A stretch of DNA of 64,000 nucleotides from Cytophagales bacterium (GCA_031425615.1 JANPJR010000030.1:146492-210491), one strand, 5' to 3'; positions 46,890 through 57,778 are shown, counted from the stretch's first letter. The notes: generated by a model not told the origin, from the letters alone. Numbers and translations: made by a program.

Positions 46890-47075
46890 GATGATAATGT
46901 GTATTTTGTTAATTGTTTTTTTCCTCTAAAAAAAACAATTTTATAAGACACAAAATTAGATAAAAATAATGTAAAAAATAGTAAAATAAATGATTTGTCA
47001 TCCCGCAGAAATATAGCCATGATTTCGACAGCCAGATTCTTACAGAATGACAAAAAAGATAATGACAAAAAAATA

Positions 47076-47111
47076 AAAACTGACGACTCAAAAACTGACA
47101 ACTGACAACTT
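47076..47111 (+). repeat. AACTGACGACT / AACTGACAACTGACAACT tandem array abutting the TPR gene stop
   Basis: aaaaactgacgactcaaaaactgacaactgacaactt. Confidence 0.65.
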
Positions 47112-47114
47112 ATT

Positions 47115-48314
47115 TTATTTTTTATTAAAAGTAGCTGCTTTGTTCCAATCTTCTTCTGCGCCTATGGCATCTCCCATGCGTTGTTTTACCAAACCACGAC
47201 TTATATAAGCCAGGGCATAATCTTTTTGGAGTTCAATGGTTTTATTAAAATCTGCTAAGGCTTCCGCAAATTTTTCCATGCCCATGTACAAATTTCCACG
47301 ATTATAATACGCATTTGTATTATTTTTATCTAAAACAATTGCTTTGTCCAAATCTTTTTGTGCTTCAGGGTATTTTTTTTGGTTGGTATAAATAATGCCA
47401 CGTTGCAAATACGCCAAACTATAATTATTGTCAAGTTCAAGGGCTTTATTGAGTTCTATGAGGGCTTCTTTTTGTTTTTTTAATTCTGCAAAAGTTGCTC
47501 CTTTATAATAATAAGGTGCTGGATTTTTACTATCCAATTTAATTACTTTATCAAAATCCACCATCGCATCAAGTCCTTTCCCTGCATTAAAAATGATAAT
47601 ACCACGTTGCAAAAACGCCTCTTTATAATTAGGATTTAATTCAATGGCTTTTTTCAAATCTGCCATTGCTTCTGGGATTTGTTTTTGGGTATTGTACCAC
47701 AAAGCACGATAAAAATAAGCGGTGTGGTCTTGTGGTGCGAGTATAATTGCTTTGTCAAAATCCTGTTTCGCTCCTTGAATGTCTTTCAGATTTTCTTTAA
47801 GAATTGCCCTATTCAAAAGCGTTTTTGCATCTTTTGGTTTTAATCGTAATACACTTTCAAAATCCATCAAAGCCCCTTCCATATCTTTTGCTTGATATTT
47901 GAGCAATGCAAGCTGAAAAAATGCTTTGTGGTCTTGTGGTGAGGCTTTGGTGGCTTTGGTAAAGTCATTGTAAGCTTGTTCTTGGTTTTTGAGTTCCAAA
48001 TACGCCAAACCTCTGTAAAAATAACCTTTTCCATCTTGTGGTTTCAATTCTAATAGCATATTATAATCTTGGATTGCACCTTGCAAATCACCCAAACTTG
48101 CTTTGGTAAGTCCTCTGCCACCGTAGGCATTTGGGTTAAATTTGTCCAATTTTATGCCTGCATCAAAATCCGCCAATGCTTCTTTAAATTTTTTACCTTG
48201 CAATTTTAAACTTGCTGATTTGAAATATTGTGTGGCATCTTGGGCGTTTATGTGTGCGGTTGAAATCCATACACATAACAATAAAAAAGATAAGAAATTT
48301 GATTTTAAAAGCAT
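47115..48314 (-). CDS. Tetratricopeptide-repeat (TPR) protein, secreted
   Basis: Signal peptide plus about 10 TPR units (AxxxYxxALxxxP pattern repeated). Confidence 0.85.
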   Translation of the reverse strand: MLLKSNFLSFLLLCVWISTAHINAQDATQYFKSASLKLQGKKFKEALADFDAGIKLDKFNPNAYGGRGLTKASLGDLQGAIQDYNMLLELKPQDGKGYFYRGLAYLELKNQEQAYNDFTKATKASPQDHKAFFQLALLKYQAKDMEGALMDFESVLRLKPKDAKTLLNRAILKENLKDIQGAKQDFDKAIILAPQDHTAYFYRALWYNTQKQIPEAMADLKKAIELNPNYKEAFLQRGIIIFNAGKGLDAMVDFDKVIKLDSKNPAPYYYKGATFAELKKQKEALIELNKALELDNNYSLAYLQRGIIYTNQKKYPEAQKDLDKAIVLDKNNTNAYYNRGNLYMGMEKFAEALADFNKTIELQKDYALAYISRGLVKQRMGDAIGAEEDWNKAATFNKK

Positions 48315-48414
48315 ATTTTTAAATTTTTTAGCAAATATTTTTTTTTAAGATTTTTAGTTTTAATATAAGTTGTATGTTATTTTTTTTTGAAAAAAATTTA
48401 AAGCTCAAAACACA

Positions 48415-48443
48415 ACTTAAAAACTGATAACTGACAACTTGCA
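48415..48443 (+). repeat. AACTGATAACTGACAACT motif
   Basis: aacttaaaaactgataactgacaacttgc. Confidence 0.55.
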
Positions 48444-48581
48444 ATAGTTTTAATTTTTTACGAAATAACTAAAAAAAAAGTCATGTATTTTTGGCATATT
48501 CTGAGATATTTTTTACAATTTTACGTAAAAAAACCTACCTTAACATTCTATTTTAATTATTTTTAACGATTAAAAAAAATT

Positions 48582-50147
48582 ATGAAAAAAAACCCTAAAA
48601 AAAATCCAATGAAACACAACACTGCGTCATCATTTTTTGCGTGTCCTTTCACGCTTTATTTTATATTTTTTCTTGCGATTTATGTGATGCCAACCCAAAA
48701 ATTATTTGCCCAAAAACAAGCAAATATTTGGTATTTTGGGGAAAATGCAGGTTTTGATTTTAACCAAAATAAGCCACTTACTGATGGGAAAATATTTACA
48801 GATGAGGGTTGTGTTGTTATTTCAGACAAACAAGGCAACTTGCTTTTTTATACTGATGGCAAAAAAGCCTATAACCGCAGGCACGAACTTATGGCAGATA
48901 GCCTCAAAGGTGATAATTCCTCCACACAATCAGGCATTGTAATTCCTTTTCCAAAACAACCTAATATTTTTATTCTTTTTACGGTTGGGGTCTTAGACCG
49001 TGATGGGGGTTTGAGTTATTCCTTGGTGGATATGACGGGCAATAATGGTTTGGGTATTATCCCAAAAGACAAAAAAAATATAAATCTTGTTAAAACAGTT
49101 ACCGAAAAATTAACTTCTGTCAAACACCGCAACGGAAAAGATACATGGGTATTGGTGCATGGCTGGGGAACTGATGAATTTATGGCATTTTTGGTTACAG
49201 AAAACGGTGTTTCAACTACCCCAATCATAAGTAATGTTGGGTCAGCACACAAAGGCGAAACGTTAAATTCGCAAGGGTATATGAAACTAAATGCTGATGG
49301 CACAAACTTAGCCTTAGCATTGGAAGGCGACCACCAAGTAGAAATTTTTGATTTTGATAGCGCAACAGGCAAAGTTACAAATCCTATCAATATCCAACTT
49401 AGCAAAGATGAATATCCTTATGGCATTGAATTTTCGCCCAATGGCTCACTCTTGTATGTTACAGGGGCAGGCACAGGAAGCGTTTTTCAAATAAATTTGC
49501 AAGCAAGTTCGGTAGATGAAATCAAAAATTCAGTAAAAAAAGTAGGTCAAACCGAAGATAAAGGTTGGATTGGGGCATTGCAACTTGCGAGTGATGGTAA
49601 GATTTATTTTCCAATATACCGCAAATCTTTTTTGGGTGTAATCCAAAAACCGAATGAATTGGGCGAAAATTGTGGTCATCAAAATGAGGCAGTTGCATTG
49701 GGGGGTAAATTAGCACGTTTGGGTTTGCCTTCATTTATACAAAGTGATTTGGAACAAAAAATCGTTAATCAAGTAGTTTATTTTAATGAACAAAAGGTAG
49801 AATTTAATAAATTTTTAATCCTAAAAAATGTAAATTTTGAATTTTCAAAGGCTAATTTATTGCCTATTTCGTTTATTGAACTCAATAAAGCCCTTAATAT
49901 CCTCAAACAAAACCCCACCTATAAAATTACGCTTTCAGGACACACAGATAACGTAGGCAACAAAAGTAGCAATTTAATCTTGTCAGATAAAAGAGCAAAT
50001 GCAGTGAGTGCATTTTTTCAAAAAAATGGGATTCAAAAAGACCGCATTACGACACAAGGTTTTGGGAGTGGCTCGCCTTTAGTAAATAATGATAATGATG
50101 CAAATAGACTTTTGAATAGGCGTGTGGAAATGATGTTGGTTAAATAA
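48582..50147 (+). CDS. OmpA-family outer-membrane protein with an N-terminal beta-propeller-like domain
   Basis: Signal peptide. C-terminal OmpA_C (LSGHTDNVGNKSSNLILSDKRANAVSAFF...NRRVEM). Confidence 0.8.
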   Translation: MKKNPKKNPMKHNTASSFFACPFTLYFIFFLAIYVMPTQKLFAQKQANIWYFGENAGFDFNQNKPLTDGKIFTDEGCVVISDKQGNLLFYTDGKKAYNRRHELMADSLKGDNSSTQSGIVIPFPKQPNIFILFTVGVLDRDGGLSYSLVDMTGNNGLGIIPKDKKNINLVKTVTEKLTSVKHRNGKDTWVLVHGWGTDEFMAFLVTENGVSTTPIISNVGSAHKGETLNSQGYMKLNADGTNLALALEGDHQVEIFDFDSATGKVTNPINIQLSKDEYPYGIEFSPNGSLLYVTGAGTGSVFQINLQASSVDEIKNSVKKVGQTEDKGWIGALQLASDGKIYFPIYRKSFLGVIQKPNELGENCGHQNEAVALGGKLARLGLPSFIQSDLEQKIVNQVVYFNEQKVEFNKFLILKNVNFEFSKANLLPISFIELNKALNILKQNPTYKITLSGHTDNVGNKSSNLILSDKRANAVSAFFQKNGIQKDRITTQGFGSGSPLVNNDNDANRLLNRRVEMMLVK

Positions 50148-50195
50148 TTTTTTGTTGCTAAAAAAATTCAATTTTATAAAAAAAACTAAATTACA

Positions 50196-50528
50196 ATGTT
50201 TAAAAAAATCATAAAATTTTTATTAAGTTTCTTTGGTCAAAAAGACAATACACAACTAAGTGAAGCCATCAAAGGTGGTGCCTTTTTGGTAGATGTTCGC
50301 ACACCTGTTGAGTTTGCGGGAGGTAGTGCCAAGGGTGCTACTAATATTCCTTTGGATAAAATAATAACTCAACTATCAAAATTTAAAAACAAAAAAAGTA
50401 TCGTAGTTTTTTGCAGAAGTGGTGGCAGAAGTAGCCAAGCAAAAAGTATATTAACACAAAATGGTTTTGAACCTGTAATAAATGGTGGAACTTGGCAAAA
50501 CGTAGCACAAATAATTGAGGGGAAATAG
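50196..50528 (+). CDS. Rhodanese-like domain protein (single-domain sulfurtransferase)
   Basis: FLVDVRTPVEF...VVFCRSGGRSSQA contains the active-site Cys loop CRSGGRS. Confidence 0.9.
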   Translation: MFKKIIKFLLSFFGQKDNTQLSEAIKGGAFLVDVRTPVEFAGGSAKGATNIPLDKIITQLSKFKNKKSIVVFCRSGGRSSQAKSILTQNGFEPVINGGTWQNVAQIIEGK

Positions 50529-50634
50529 TGTTGTAAAGTAAATATATAATTGTAATAAGTGGATTTTTTCAGAAAATCAGGTCAAACCTCCGTAAACTAT
50601 TGGTGGATACCAATTTTCTGAAAAAATACTAATT

Positions 50635-52338
50635 TTATTTATTATCAATCATACCAAGACCACTTTTTCGGATAATTTTCTTTTCAATCAAATCCTTAGA
50701 GAGCGAATCAAGCATACCATTGATAAAATTTTTGCTTTTTTGGGTGCTATATTCTTTGGCAACTTCTACATATTCATTGATAGAAACTTTGACAGGTATG
50801 CTATACGCAAATACAAATTCTGCGATTGCCATTTTGAGGATAACCCTATCAATTTTTGCAAAGCGTGAGATATGCCAATTTTGAGATTTTTCTTGGAGAT
50901 ATGTTTCATATTCCGTTTCGTTTTTAAGCGTATTTACATACAAATCACGCATAAAATCCTTATCATCTGACCAATTACGTGAGATATGAAATAGCTCAAA
51001 ATCTGTGTCCAACTCATTTTGAATGGCTCTAAGCGTTTTCATTACCATACTTTCTATAGCAAGTACGTCTTCGTCCCAATGCAAAAGTTGCGAAGTCCCC
51101 CACGCATACATTTGTGAGTTGATATTGTCGTGATGTGTTTGCAATAATACATGTAGGCTATCATTCCATTCAATATCCAAGATATCAAGCATTTTGGCAA
51201 TGCCTGCATTGATGGCGTTGAGGTTGCGTGGGTGAAACCCTACATCATGCAAATAACTTGTACTCAAATATTCTGAAAAACCATCTACGATAGCTTTTAG
51301 TGAATATTCTGCTACATTTTCAGGGCGTTCTTCTTTGATAAGTTCGCCTTTTTGCAAAGCCCTTTCACGTCTTTGCATACTTTTTTCAGCGTCTTTGCGA
51401 ATAGGTGCGTGTTTTTGTTTGAGGTGTTGAATGAGGATTTTCGCTAATTTTTCTTCTTCTATTGCATTATCATGTGAATATAAATTAGACAAAAAACTTT
51501 TTGCTACGTTATTTACTGCATTTTCCACCAATCGCAATACACCTTCCAAACCATTTTTATCAATAATTCGCCTTACAAAACTATATGTAATACTACAATC
51601 TTTGATGCTATAATAATATACTGATTTTTTACCAAAAATAATATCTGAAAAAATATACAACATTATTTCTTTGTCTTCTTCAAAAGATGTAGTTGTTTTA
51701 TTGTTGTAAGCAATATATTTTTCGTTTGTTTTGATTTGGGTAACATACCATTCCCTGAGATAATCCATTTCTTTGTCCCACGAGATATTTTTGCGTGAAA
51801 TTGCTTGTTGGATTTTGGGGTGTTTGCTAATAACAAAACTGATTTCGTTTTTTTCCATTTTAAAATCGCCCAATACATCATATTTACGTATGTGTGATTC
51901 TTGGACGATTGTTTTTTCATTTTTCACCAATTCACTCAACGTAGTTGTAAGCAACAAAAATTTGATATAAATGTCGTGTATTTTTTCTGTGTTTTGAATA
52001 AGTTGGAGAAGATTTGTTTCTCTATTGATGCGAACTGCCTCGTTGTAGTATTGAATTGCCTTGATAACTGCATTGCGTGTTTTGGAGGAAATTCCTGTAA
52101 GGGCTAAAAAGTCGTTTTCTTTGAGATAATAGTCCAAAAAATATTTATGGGCTTCTTTGCGTTGCTCATCCAGCGTTTCGTCATCAATATAAGCCTTTTC
52201 TGTCCAATCAGGAGTCAATATTTTGGTGATTTGTTGTTGAGCACGTTCAAATTCTGTATCACGTGTATTTTCAAAAGCATATAACGCTTGCATTGCTTTT
52301 ACACGAAGATGATGACGATTTAGCATATCAAAGAGCAT
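50635..52338 (-). CDS. nusB: Transcription antitermination factor NusB homolog carrying a ~400-aa internal insertion
   Basis: N-terminus MLNRHHLRVKAMQALYAFE (the NusB start signature) and C-terminus IDRVILKMAIAEFVF...PVKVSINEYVEVAKEYS...NFINGMLD (the NusB C-terminal signature), separated by a long unique region. Start placed at the internal ATG (track ORF is 52425). Confidence 0.7.
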   Translation of the reverse strand: MLFDMLNRHHLRVKAMQALYAFENTRDTEFERAQQQITKILTPDWTEKAYIDDETLDEQRKEAHKYFLDYYLKENDFLALTGISSKTRNAVIKAIQYYNEAVRINRETNLLQLIQNTEKIHDIYIKFLLLTTTLSELVKNEKTIVQESHIRKYDVLGDFKMEKNEISFVISKHPKIQQAISRKNISWDKEMDYLREWYVTQIKTNEKYIAYNNKTTTSFEEDKEIMLYIFSDIIFGKKSVYYYSIKDCSITYSFVRRIIDKNGLEGVLRLVENAVNNVAKSFLSNLYSHDNAIEEEKLAKILIQHLKQKHAPIRKDAEKSMQRRERALQKGELIKEERPENVAEYSLKAIVDGFSEYLSTSYLHDVGFHPRNLNAINAGIAKMLDILDIEWNDSLHVLLQTHHDNINSQMYAWGTSQLLHWDEDVLAIESMVMKTLRAIQNELDTDFELFHISRNWSDDKDFMRDLYVNTLKNETEYETYLQEKSQNWHISRFAKIDRVILKMAIAEFVFAYSIPVKVSINEYVEVAKEYSTQKSKNFINGMLDSLSKDLIEKKIIRKSGLGMIDNK

Positions 52339-52522
52339 TAGCCTTTTCAAAAGAAGGCTTTTTTTAGAATTAAAAAATGAAAAAGAGATAAATAAAAATA
52401 TGCTTCTTATTGTGATAAAAAGCATATTTCTGCAAAAATAGTGATTTTTAAGAAAAAATCCAAATATAACCTAAAATCAAAAGAGGGAATTAGTACAAAG
52501 AGCAAAAAAGTAGCAAATTTTT

Positions 52523-52835
52523 CTCACTACTATACAAATTTAAAAAAAAACTTGTTCAAAATGCAGAAAAAGGTTTTTTCTAAATGTTTTTTATTGAAAA
52601 AATAATACATTTCTTTCTTACTACTATACAAATTTAAAAAAAATACATTCAAAATACATAAAACAGGCTTTTTTTAAGGATTTTACCTAAAAAAATATTT
52701 TTTTCTTTGAGAAATTAAAAAAAAATGCGTTTATGGTTGTGGTTGGTTGGTAAATTTTTAAAAATGTTATAAAAAAACCTTTTCAAACGATTTAAAACAC
52801 TTTTTTTAGACTGTGAAAATGTATAACAGTAAGAG
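52523..52835. mobile_element. Degenerate or rearranged MITE-like element, copy C. Two direct copies of the left TIR (CTCACTACTATACA at 52523, CTTACTACTATACA at 52607) and a degenerate right TIR (TGTATAACAGTAAG, about 52820).
   Basis: Shares the TIR motif and internal segments (aaacgatttaaaacac, ccgtaaaat) with copies A and B, but is diverged. Confidence 0.5.
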
Positions 52836-52912
52836 AAAGACATTACATTTCTTGCAAAAATCCGTAAAATCCTGTTGTATTTTTTTAAAAGGGTAATATT
52901 TAAAAAATATTC

Positions 52913-53713
52913 TTATTCCTCATTTTTTTCTTGTGTGTTAGTTTTTTCTTTTTGTTCTATTTTTTTCTTTTGTTCTATTTTTTGCTTAGGCTTTTCTAAG
53001 TCTTCTTTTATAACTGTTTGTATAATACTTGTAAATACTACTGAAAGTGTAAGCATTATCACCAAAAAAATATTGACACCCCAATAATATACTGCATTAA
53101 TTTGTTTTTTTGTCTGTTGTTGCAAAGAAACCATAAGATAAACTACATGTCCTAAGACAAAAAGCATAGAATAAAAATTGACATTTGATAGATTTTTCAT
53201 GCCTAAAATATTTGATGCTAAATAATCAGCCATAAAAACCAACAAAAAAAGCATATTATACTCCAACGAAAACCAACCATCTATCCTGCGGGATTTGAGC
53301 GTAGCATCACCAAATAATCCAACCCACAAGCGTCCAATACCCAAAAAAACCAAAAAGCCTAAAAAATAAAAAAATATAGATAATATTTTGGCAGTATTGG
53401 TCTCACTTTCAGTCACAGTGCTCGTTACAGTTTCACTTACAACAAGCGAAAGTATAATTAAAATGGTATTTTTGGTAAAATTAATATCATTGAGAAACCC
53501 GCTTTTATCTGCTTTTTTTAAGTCGTCTGTTTCTGACATATTGCTAACTTCGTCCAAAATATGTTTTTTTGGCAAAGGAAACGCATAACAAGGACTTATA
53601 ATAATGGTAAAAAGCGTCTTAAATGTCCCTTTGAACATCGCCCATATTTTTTTTAAATTTTCATCAAAAAATGAATCAACTAATTCTTTGATATAAGACC
53701 AAATCACTTGCAT
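52913..53713 (-). CDS. Hypothetical multi-TM membrane protein with a K/E-rich C-terminal tail
   Basis: 266 aa with about 5 hydrophobic segments. C-terminal KQKIEQKKKIEQKEK repeats. Confidence 0.5.
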   Translation of the reverse strand: MQVIWSYIKELVDSFFDENLKKIWAMFKGTFKTLFTIIISPCYAFPLPKKHILDEVSNMSETDDLKKADKSGFLNDINFTKNTILIILSLVVSETVTSTVTESETNTAKILSIFFYFLGFLVFLGIGRLWVGLFGDATLKSRRIDGWFSLEYNMLFLLVFMADYLASNILGMKNLSNVNFYSMLFVLGHVVYLMVSLQQQTKKQINAVYYWGVNIFLVIMLTLSVVFTSIIQTVIKEDLEKPKQKIEQKKKIEQKEKTNTQEKNEE

Positions 53714-53832
53714 AAATAATATATTTTTGGTTAGGGTAATAAATAGGTCTTAATGGATAAATTTTAAGAGAACGCATAGACTAAGAGCTTGTGTTACACA
53801 AATACACAAAAAAGCTTTCATTGTTATCAATT

Positions 53833-53850
53833 CTCCTTTTGGGGGTTAAG
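53833..53850 (-). repeat. REP-like element, partial inverted copy (CTCCTTTTGGGGGTTAAG)
   Basis: About 20 bp 3' of the amidohydrolase gene stop. Confidence 0.45.
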
Positions 53851-53868
53851 TAATTACAAAATTCCTTA

Positions 53869-55203
53869 TTATTTTTGGTATTTCTTTTTATATCTTTGGT
53901 AAAGTTCTTTGTGTTTGTCGTTAAGGTCTAATTTTTTACCTCTTACAAAAGCATGTGTAACATTGTTTGTACGCATATCCAAAATATCGCCTTTTGACAC
54001 CACCAATGTAGCGTGTTTGCCTACTTCAAGCGTTCCAACTTTATCTGCAATACCCAAAATTTTGGCAGTATTGGCGGTTACAGTCATTAATGCATCTTCT
54101 TTGCTCAATCCATAAGCTGAGGCAGTACCTGCCAAAAAAGGCAAATTGCGTGTCCCCATTGGCTCTACATCATTCTCGTCATACGCCAATCCCACCAAAA
54201 TACCTGCTTGTTTGAGCAAATAAGGCAGTTTGTAAGGAAGCCAAACATCTTCCTCTGGGCGATAGGGCAATCTATGCAAACGTCCAAGTATAATCGGAAT
54301 ATTATTTGTTTTCAAAAATTCTGCAATTTGCAAAGCATCTTCACCACCTACAATCACAATTTTTTTTACTTCATGTTTTTTGGCAAATTGCACACTTTCA
54401 ATAATATCTTTGGAATAACTTGCATTGATAAACAAGGTTTTTGAGCCATCAAATAAACCACGCATCGCCTCCATTTTGAGGTTTTTGGGTGTATTTTCTT
54501 TATTTAAAAAATAAATTTTTGCATCAGTAAAAAATTTATCCAATGAAGAAATTATTTCCTGATATTTTTCATTTTTTTCTGCCCTACCTGATGGCGAAAA
54601 AAAACCGCCTCTTTGATACATAGACACCCAATTGAGGTGCAAACCCATATCTGCTTTGTGTTGAGCATCTTCCCAATTCCAACCTTCCAATTCCATTACG
54701 GAAGAAGTACCTGAAATAAGTCCACCTTTTGGCGTGCTTTGCACCAATAAAATACCATTGCTACGCAATGTAGGTGATATTTCGGAATCAGTATTAAAAG
54801 CCACAAGCGACCTTGCATTTGGGTTAAACAAACCTGTTTCTGCATAATCGTGTGTAGGGCGTAAACTTGCTACTTCAGTAATGCCCAACGCAGTTGCAGG
54901 CAAAATCAAAGATGGATAAATATGTTGCCCTTGTAGGTCTATTTCTTCTGCATTCGCAGGGTTTATGGTGTTACCAATTTCGGTAATAATACCATTTTCA
55001 AAGCGAATAGACGCATTATTTAATACTTCTCCTGTTGCTTTGTGGATAATTGCATTTTTCAAAACAATGGCTTTGATTTGTGCAGGAGCAGGAATTGGTT
55101 GTTGAGCTTGTACAAAAAAACACAAACCAAAAAACGCAATAAATAATAAACCAAATGATAATTGGGTTGTTTTCAACATATTTTTTGTAAAAATTATATT
55201 CAT
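53869..55203 (-). CDS. Amidohydrolase-family protein (secreted)
   Basis: Signal peptide. The amidohydrolase fold pattern (..HIYPSLI..., metal-binding His/Asp near the C-terminus ...HATLVVSKGDILD...). Confidence 0.8.
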   Translation of the reverse strand: MNIIFTKNMLKTTQLSFGLLFIAFFGLCFFVQAQQPIPAPAQIKAIVLKNAIIHKATGEVLNNASIRFENGIITEIGNTINPANAEEIDLQGQHIYPSLILPATALGITEVASLRPTHDYAETGLFNPNARSLVAFNTDSEISPTLRSNGILLVQSTPKGGLISGTSSVMELEGWNWEDAQHKADMGLHLNWVSMYQRGGFFSPSGRAEKNEKYQEIISSLDKFFTDAKIYFLNKENTPKNLKMEAMRGLFDGSKTLFINASYSKDIIESVQFAKKHEVKKIVIVGGEDALQIAEFLKTNNIPIILGRLHRLPYRPEEDVWLPYKLPYLLKQAGILVGLAYDENDVEPMGTRNLPFLAGTASAYGLSKEDALMTVTANTAKILGIADKVGTLEVGKHATLVVSKGDILDMRTNNVTHAFVRGKKLDLNDKHKELYQRYKKKYQK

Positions 55204-55239
55204 AAACTACACTTTAATAAAAGTTTGTTGTTTTTTTTT

Positions 55240-56064
55240 TCAATTTTTTAATGAATGGATTTGTTCTTTCTTTGGTTGTTGGGCTACTACATCTAATTCT
55301 TGTTTAATAATTTGTTCAAGGTTTTTAGCCAAATCTTCCAATACTATACTTTTGGGTTCAACAGGAGGCAATAATATCAATTCACATTTAATTCCAAAAG
55401 GAATAGGAAATAATCCAAAACGCACAATTTGCCAAGAATTGCGTATCACAACAGGCAATATAAGTGCAGAAGGCATATTTTGCACAAGTTGTTGTACGCC
55501 TGATTCTTTAAACACACGCAAATTACCATCTTTTGCCCTTGAACCTTCTGGAAATATTACCGCAGACCTTGTATATTGCTCACAATATTTACCCAAATCT
55601 GCAATCGCTTTCAGCGATTGTATTTTGTCTTTTCGGTCAATCAACGCATTTCCACCATATTTTAAGTGGTAAGATATGCTTGGAATATTTTTAGCCAATT
55701 CTTTTTTCGCTACAAATTTTGGCTCATTTTTTCGTAAAGTCCACAAAATAAAAGGGATATCAAACATACTTTGGTGATTGCTCACAATAATAAGGGGGCG
55801 TGTATTTGTCAGTTGTATTCCCATTTTATTGGTAACTTTCAGCGAAAGCCCAGTTATTCTTAATAATGTAATTAATACCCATTGCAAATCATGTATTACC
55901 CTAAGATGTGCATAATATCCACCAGCATTGAGGGCTATCATTTGAAAAAGATGATAAAAAACTAATGCTAATATAAAAAACGGAATAAAAATTAGCGTTG
56001 TTATCCAAGATAAAATTTTTTTCATGTGAAATTTTAAGTTAAAAAAATTACCCCAATTTTGCAT
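55240..56064 (-). CDS. 1-acyl-sn-glycerol-3-phosphate acyltransferase (PlsC/LPLAT family)
   Basis: The HxxxxD acyltransferase motif (SNHQSMFD) and FPEGSR motif III. Confidence 0.85.
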   Translation of the reverse strand: MQNWGNFFNLKFHMKKILSWITTLIFIPFFILALVFYHLFQMIALNAGGYYAHLRVIHDLQWVLITLLRITGLSLKVTNKMGIQLTNTRPLIIVSNHQSMFDIPFILWTLRKNEPKFVAKKELAKNIPSISYHLKYGGNALIDRKDKIQSLKAIADLGKYCEQYTRSAVIFPEGSRAKDGNLRVFKESGVQQLVQNMPSALILPVVIRNSWQIVRFGLFPIPFGIKCELILLPPVEPKSIVLEDLAKNLEQIIKQELDVVAQQPKKEQIHSLKN

Positions 56065-56088
56065 TTTTCAGCATGTTGGGGCTGTTTT

Positions 56089-57045
56089 CTATTGTTTTCT
56101 TGCGATAGCTTTAAGTGCTTTTTCTACGATATTTTCAGCAGTAAGACCATATTTTGTCATGAGTTCGCTTGGCACACCACTTTCCCCAAAAGAATCATTT
56201 ACACCCACCATTTCAAGTGGTGCAGGCAATTGTGTAGCCAATACTTGTGCAATACTTTCACCCAATCCGCCAGCAAGTTGATGTTCTTCTGCACTTACTG
56301 CACATTTAGTTTTTTTGACAGATGCAATAATTGCCTCTTTATCAAGCGGTTTTATGGTGTGGATATTGATAATTTCAGCAGAAATACCTTTTTGCTCCAA
56401 TATTTCGCAGGCTTTGAGTGCTTCCCAAACGAGATGCCCTGTGGCAAAAATACTTACATCAGTCCCTTCATTTAATAAGAGTGCTTTTCCAATAATGAAA
56501 GGCAAATTATCAGGGATAAAAATAGGGAGTTTTGGACGACCAAAACGCAGATAAACTGCTCCTTGATAATCAGCGATGGCTATCGTAGCGTGTTTAGTTT
56601 GGTTATAATCACATGGATTGATAACAGTCATATTTGGCAACATTTTCATCATGCCCATATCCTCCAAAATCTGGTGCGTTGCTCCATCTTCGCCCAATGT
56701 GAGTCCAGCGTGAGAAGCGCATATTTTTACATTTTTGTTGGAATATGCAATAGATTGGCGAATTTGGTCATAAACCCTACCTGTGGAAAAATTGGCAAAA
56801 GTGCCTGTAAAAGGAATTTTCCCCCCAATAGCAAGCCCAGATGCAATGCCCATCATATTTGCTTCTGCAATGCCAACCTGAAAAAATCTCTCAGGAAATT
56901 CTTTTGCAAAAGCGTCCATTTTTAATGAACCCGTCAAATCTGCACAAAGTGCTACCACATTTGGATTTTTCTTTGCAATCTCCAACAAACCAACCCCAAA
57001 ACCCGACCTTGTGTCTTGATTGCCTAAAATTTCGTATTTTTTCAT
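56089..57045 (-). CDS. Transketolase, C-terminal subunit (pyrimidine-binding plus C-terminal domains). No adjacent N-terminal subunit.
   Basis: [26 protein letters not shown]...[15 protein letters not shown]...[16 protein letters not shown] is the canonical split-Tkt C-subunit. Confidence 0.92.
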   Translation of the reverse strand: MKKYEILGNQDTRSGFGVGLLEIAKKNPNVVALCADLTGSLKMDAFAKEFPERFFQVGIAEANMMGIASGLAIGGKIPFTGTFANFSTGRVYDQIRQSIAYSNKNVKICASHAGLTLGEDGATHQILEDMGMMKMLPNMTVINPCDYNQTKHATIAIADYQGAVYLRFGRPKLPIFIPDNLPFIIGKALLLNEGTDVSIFATGHLVWEALKACEILEQKGISAEIINIHTIKPLDKEAIIASVKKTKCAVSAEEHQLAGGLGESIAQVLATQLPAPLEMVGVNDSFGESGVPSELMTKYGLTAENIVEKALKAIARKQ

Positions 57046-57778
57046 GGAATATTTATCCTTTTTTCAAATAATGCGTATATACAAATAATGTTTTAACAGA
57101 GTTTTATTTTTTATTTGTCTAAATTTTTATACAATTTATATCATATCTTTTGATACAAATTTATATGTCTTTTTATTTTAATATTTTTTTGGCAAATATA
57201 AGGTTATAATTCTATTTTTGAAAGTTTTGTGAAATTTTATGTTTTAAGATATTTTATTTCCAAATATAACTAAAAAAATTGACTTTAAAACTGTTTTCAA
57301 AACTGACTTTTTGACAGTATTTTATTTTCTATTTTTAAACTTTTAAACTTCTTTTACTGAATTAATGGCAATAACCATTTATTTATTTGCAAAAAACCGA
57401 AATATATGGCAATAAACAATATAATATTTTGTCAAACTATTGTCTATAAGGATATTAAATCACTAAAAATAAATTAAAGGAAATATTAAAATATTTTTAC
57501 GTATCAAAATAAAAAAAATATGACAAAACACAATGAATATAGGTTACTTTTATGTAAATTTTTATCATAAATGGTAGTTTTATTTTTCGTGTAAATAAAA
57601 AAAGGTTATATTTGCATGTATTTTTTTCTTACTTTAATAAAAAAAACGTAAATTCCCTTAAAAAACTTACAATAAAATTCAAAATGGCTACATTTTTGAA
57701 TAATCCTTTTTAAATAATTTTTTAACAATTAAAAAACAATCCGAATTTTTTACATAAAACATCTTTTTATTTTTACCT

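Noticed and set aside
46874-47101. 75-aa minus-strand ORF between gpmI and the TPR gene
   Set aside because: It overlaps an imperfect inverted repeat (ttgtcatcccgcagaaa ... ttcttacagaatgacaa) and the AACTGACAACT array. Its composition is typical of AT-rich spurious frames. It is possibly a structured RNA or degenerate repeat rather than a protein.
57046-57778. 730-bp AT-rich leader of the second His-rich lipoprotein, searched for an IR-flanked switch like 1753-1950
   Set aside because: Only short direct repeats were found (ttgactttaaaactg / aactgactttttgac). There is no long inverted-repeat pair, so no invertible element is claimed here.
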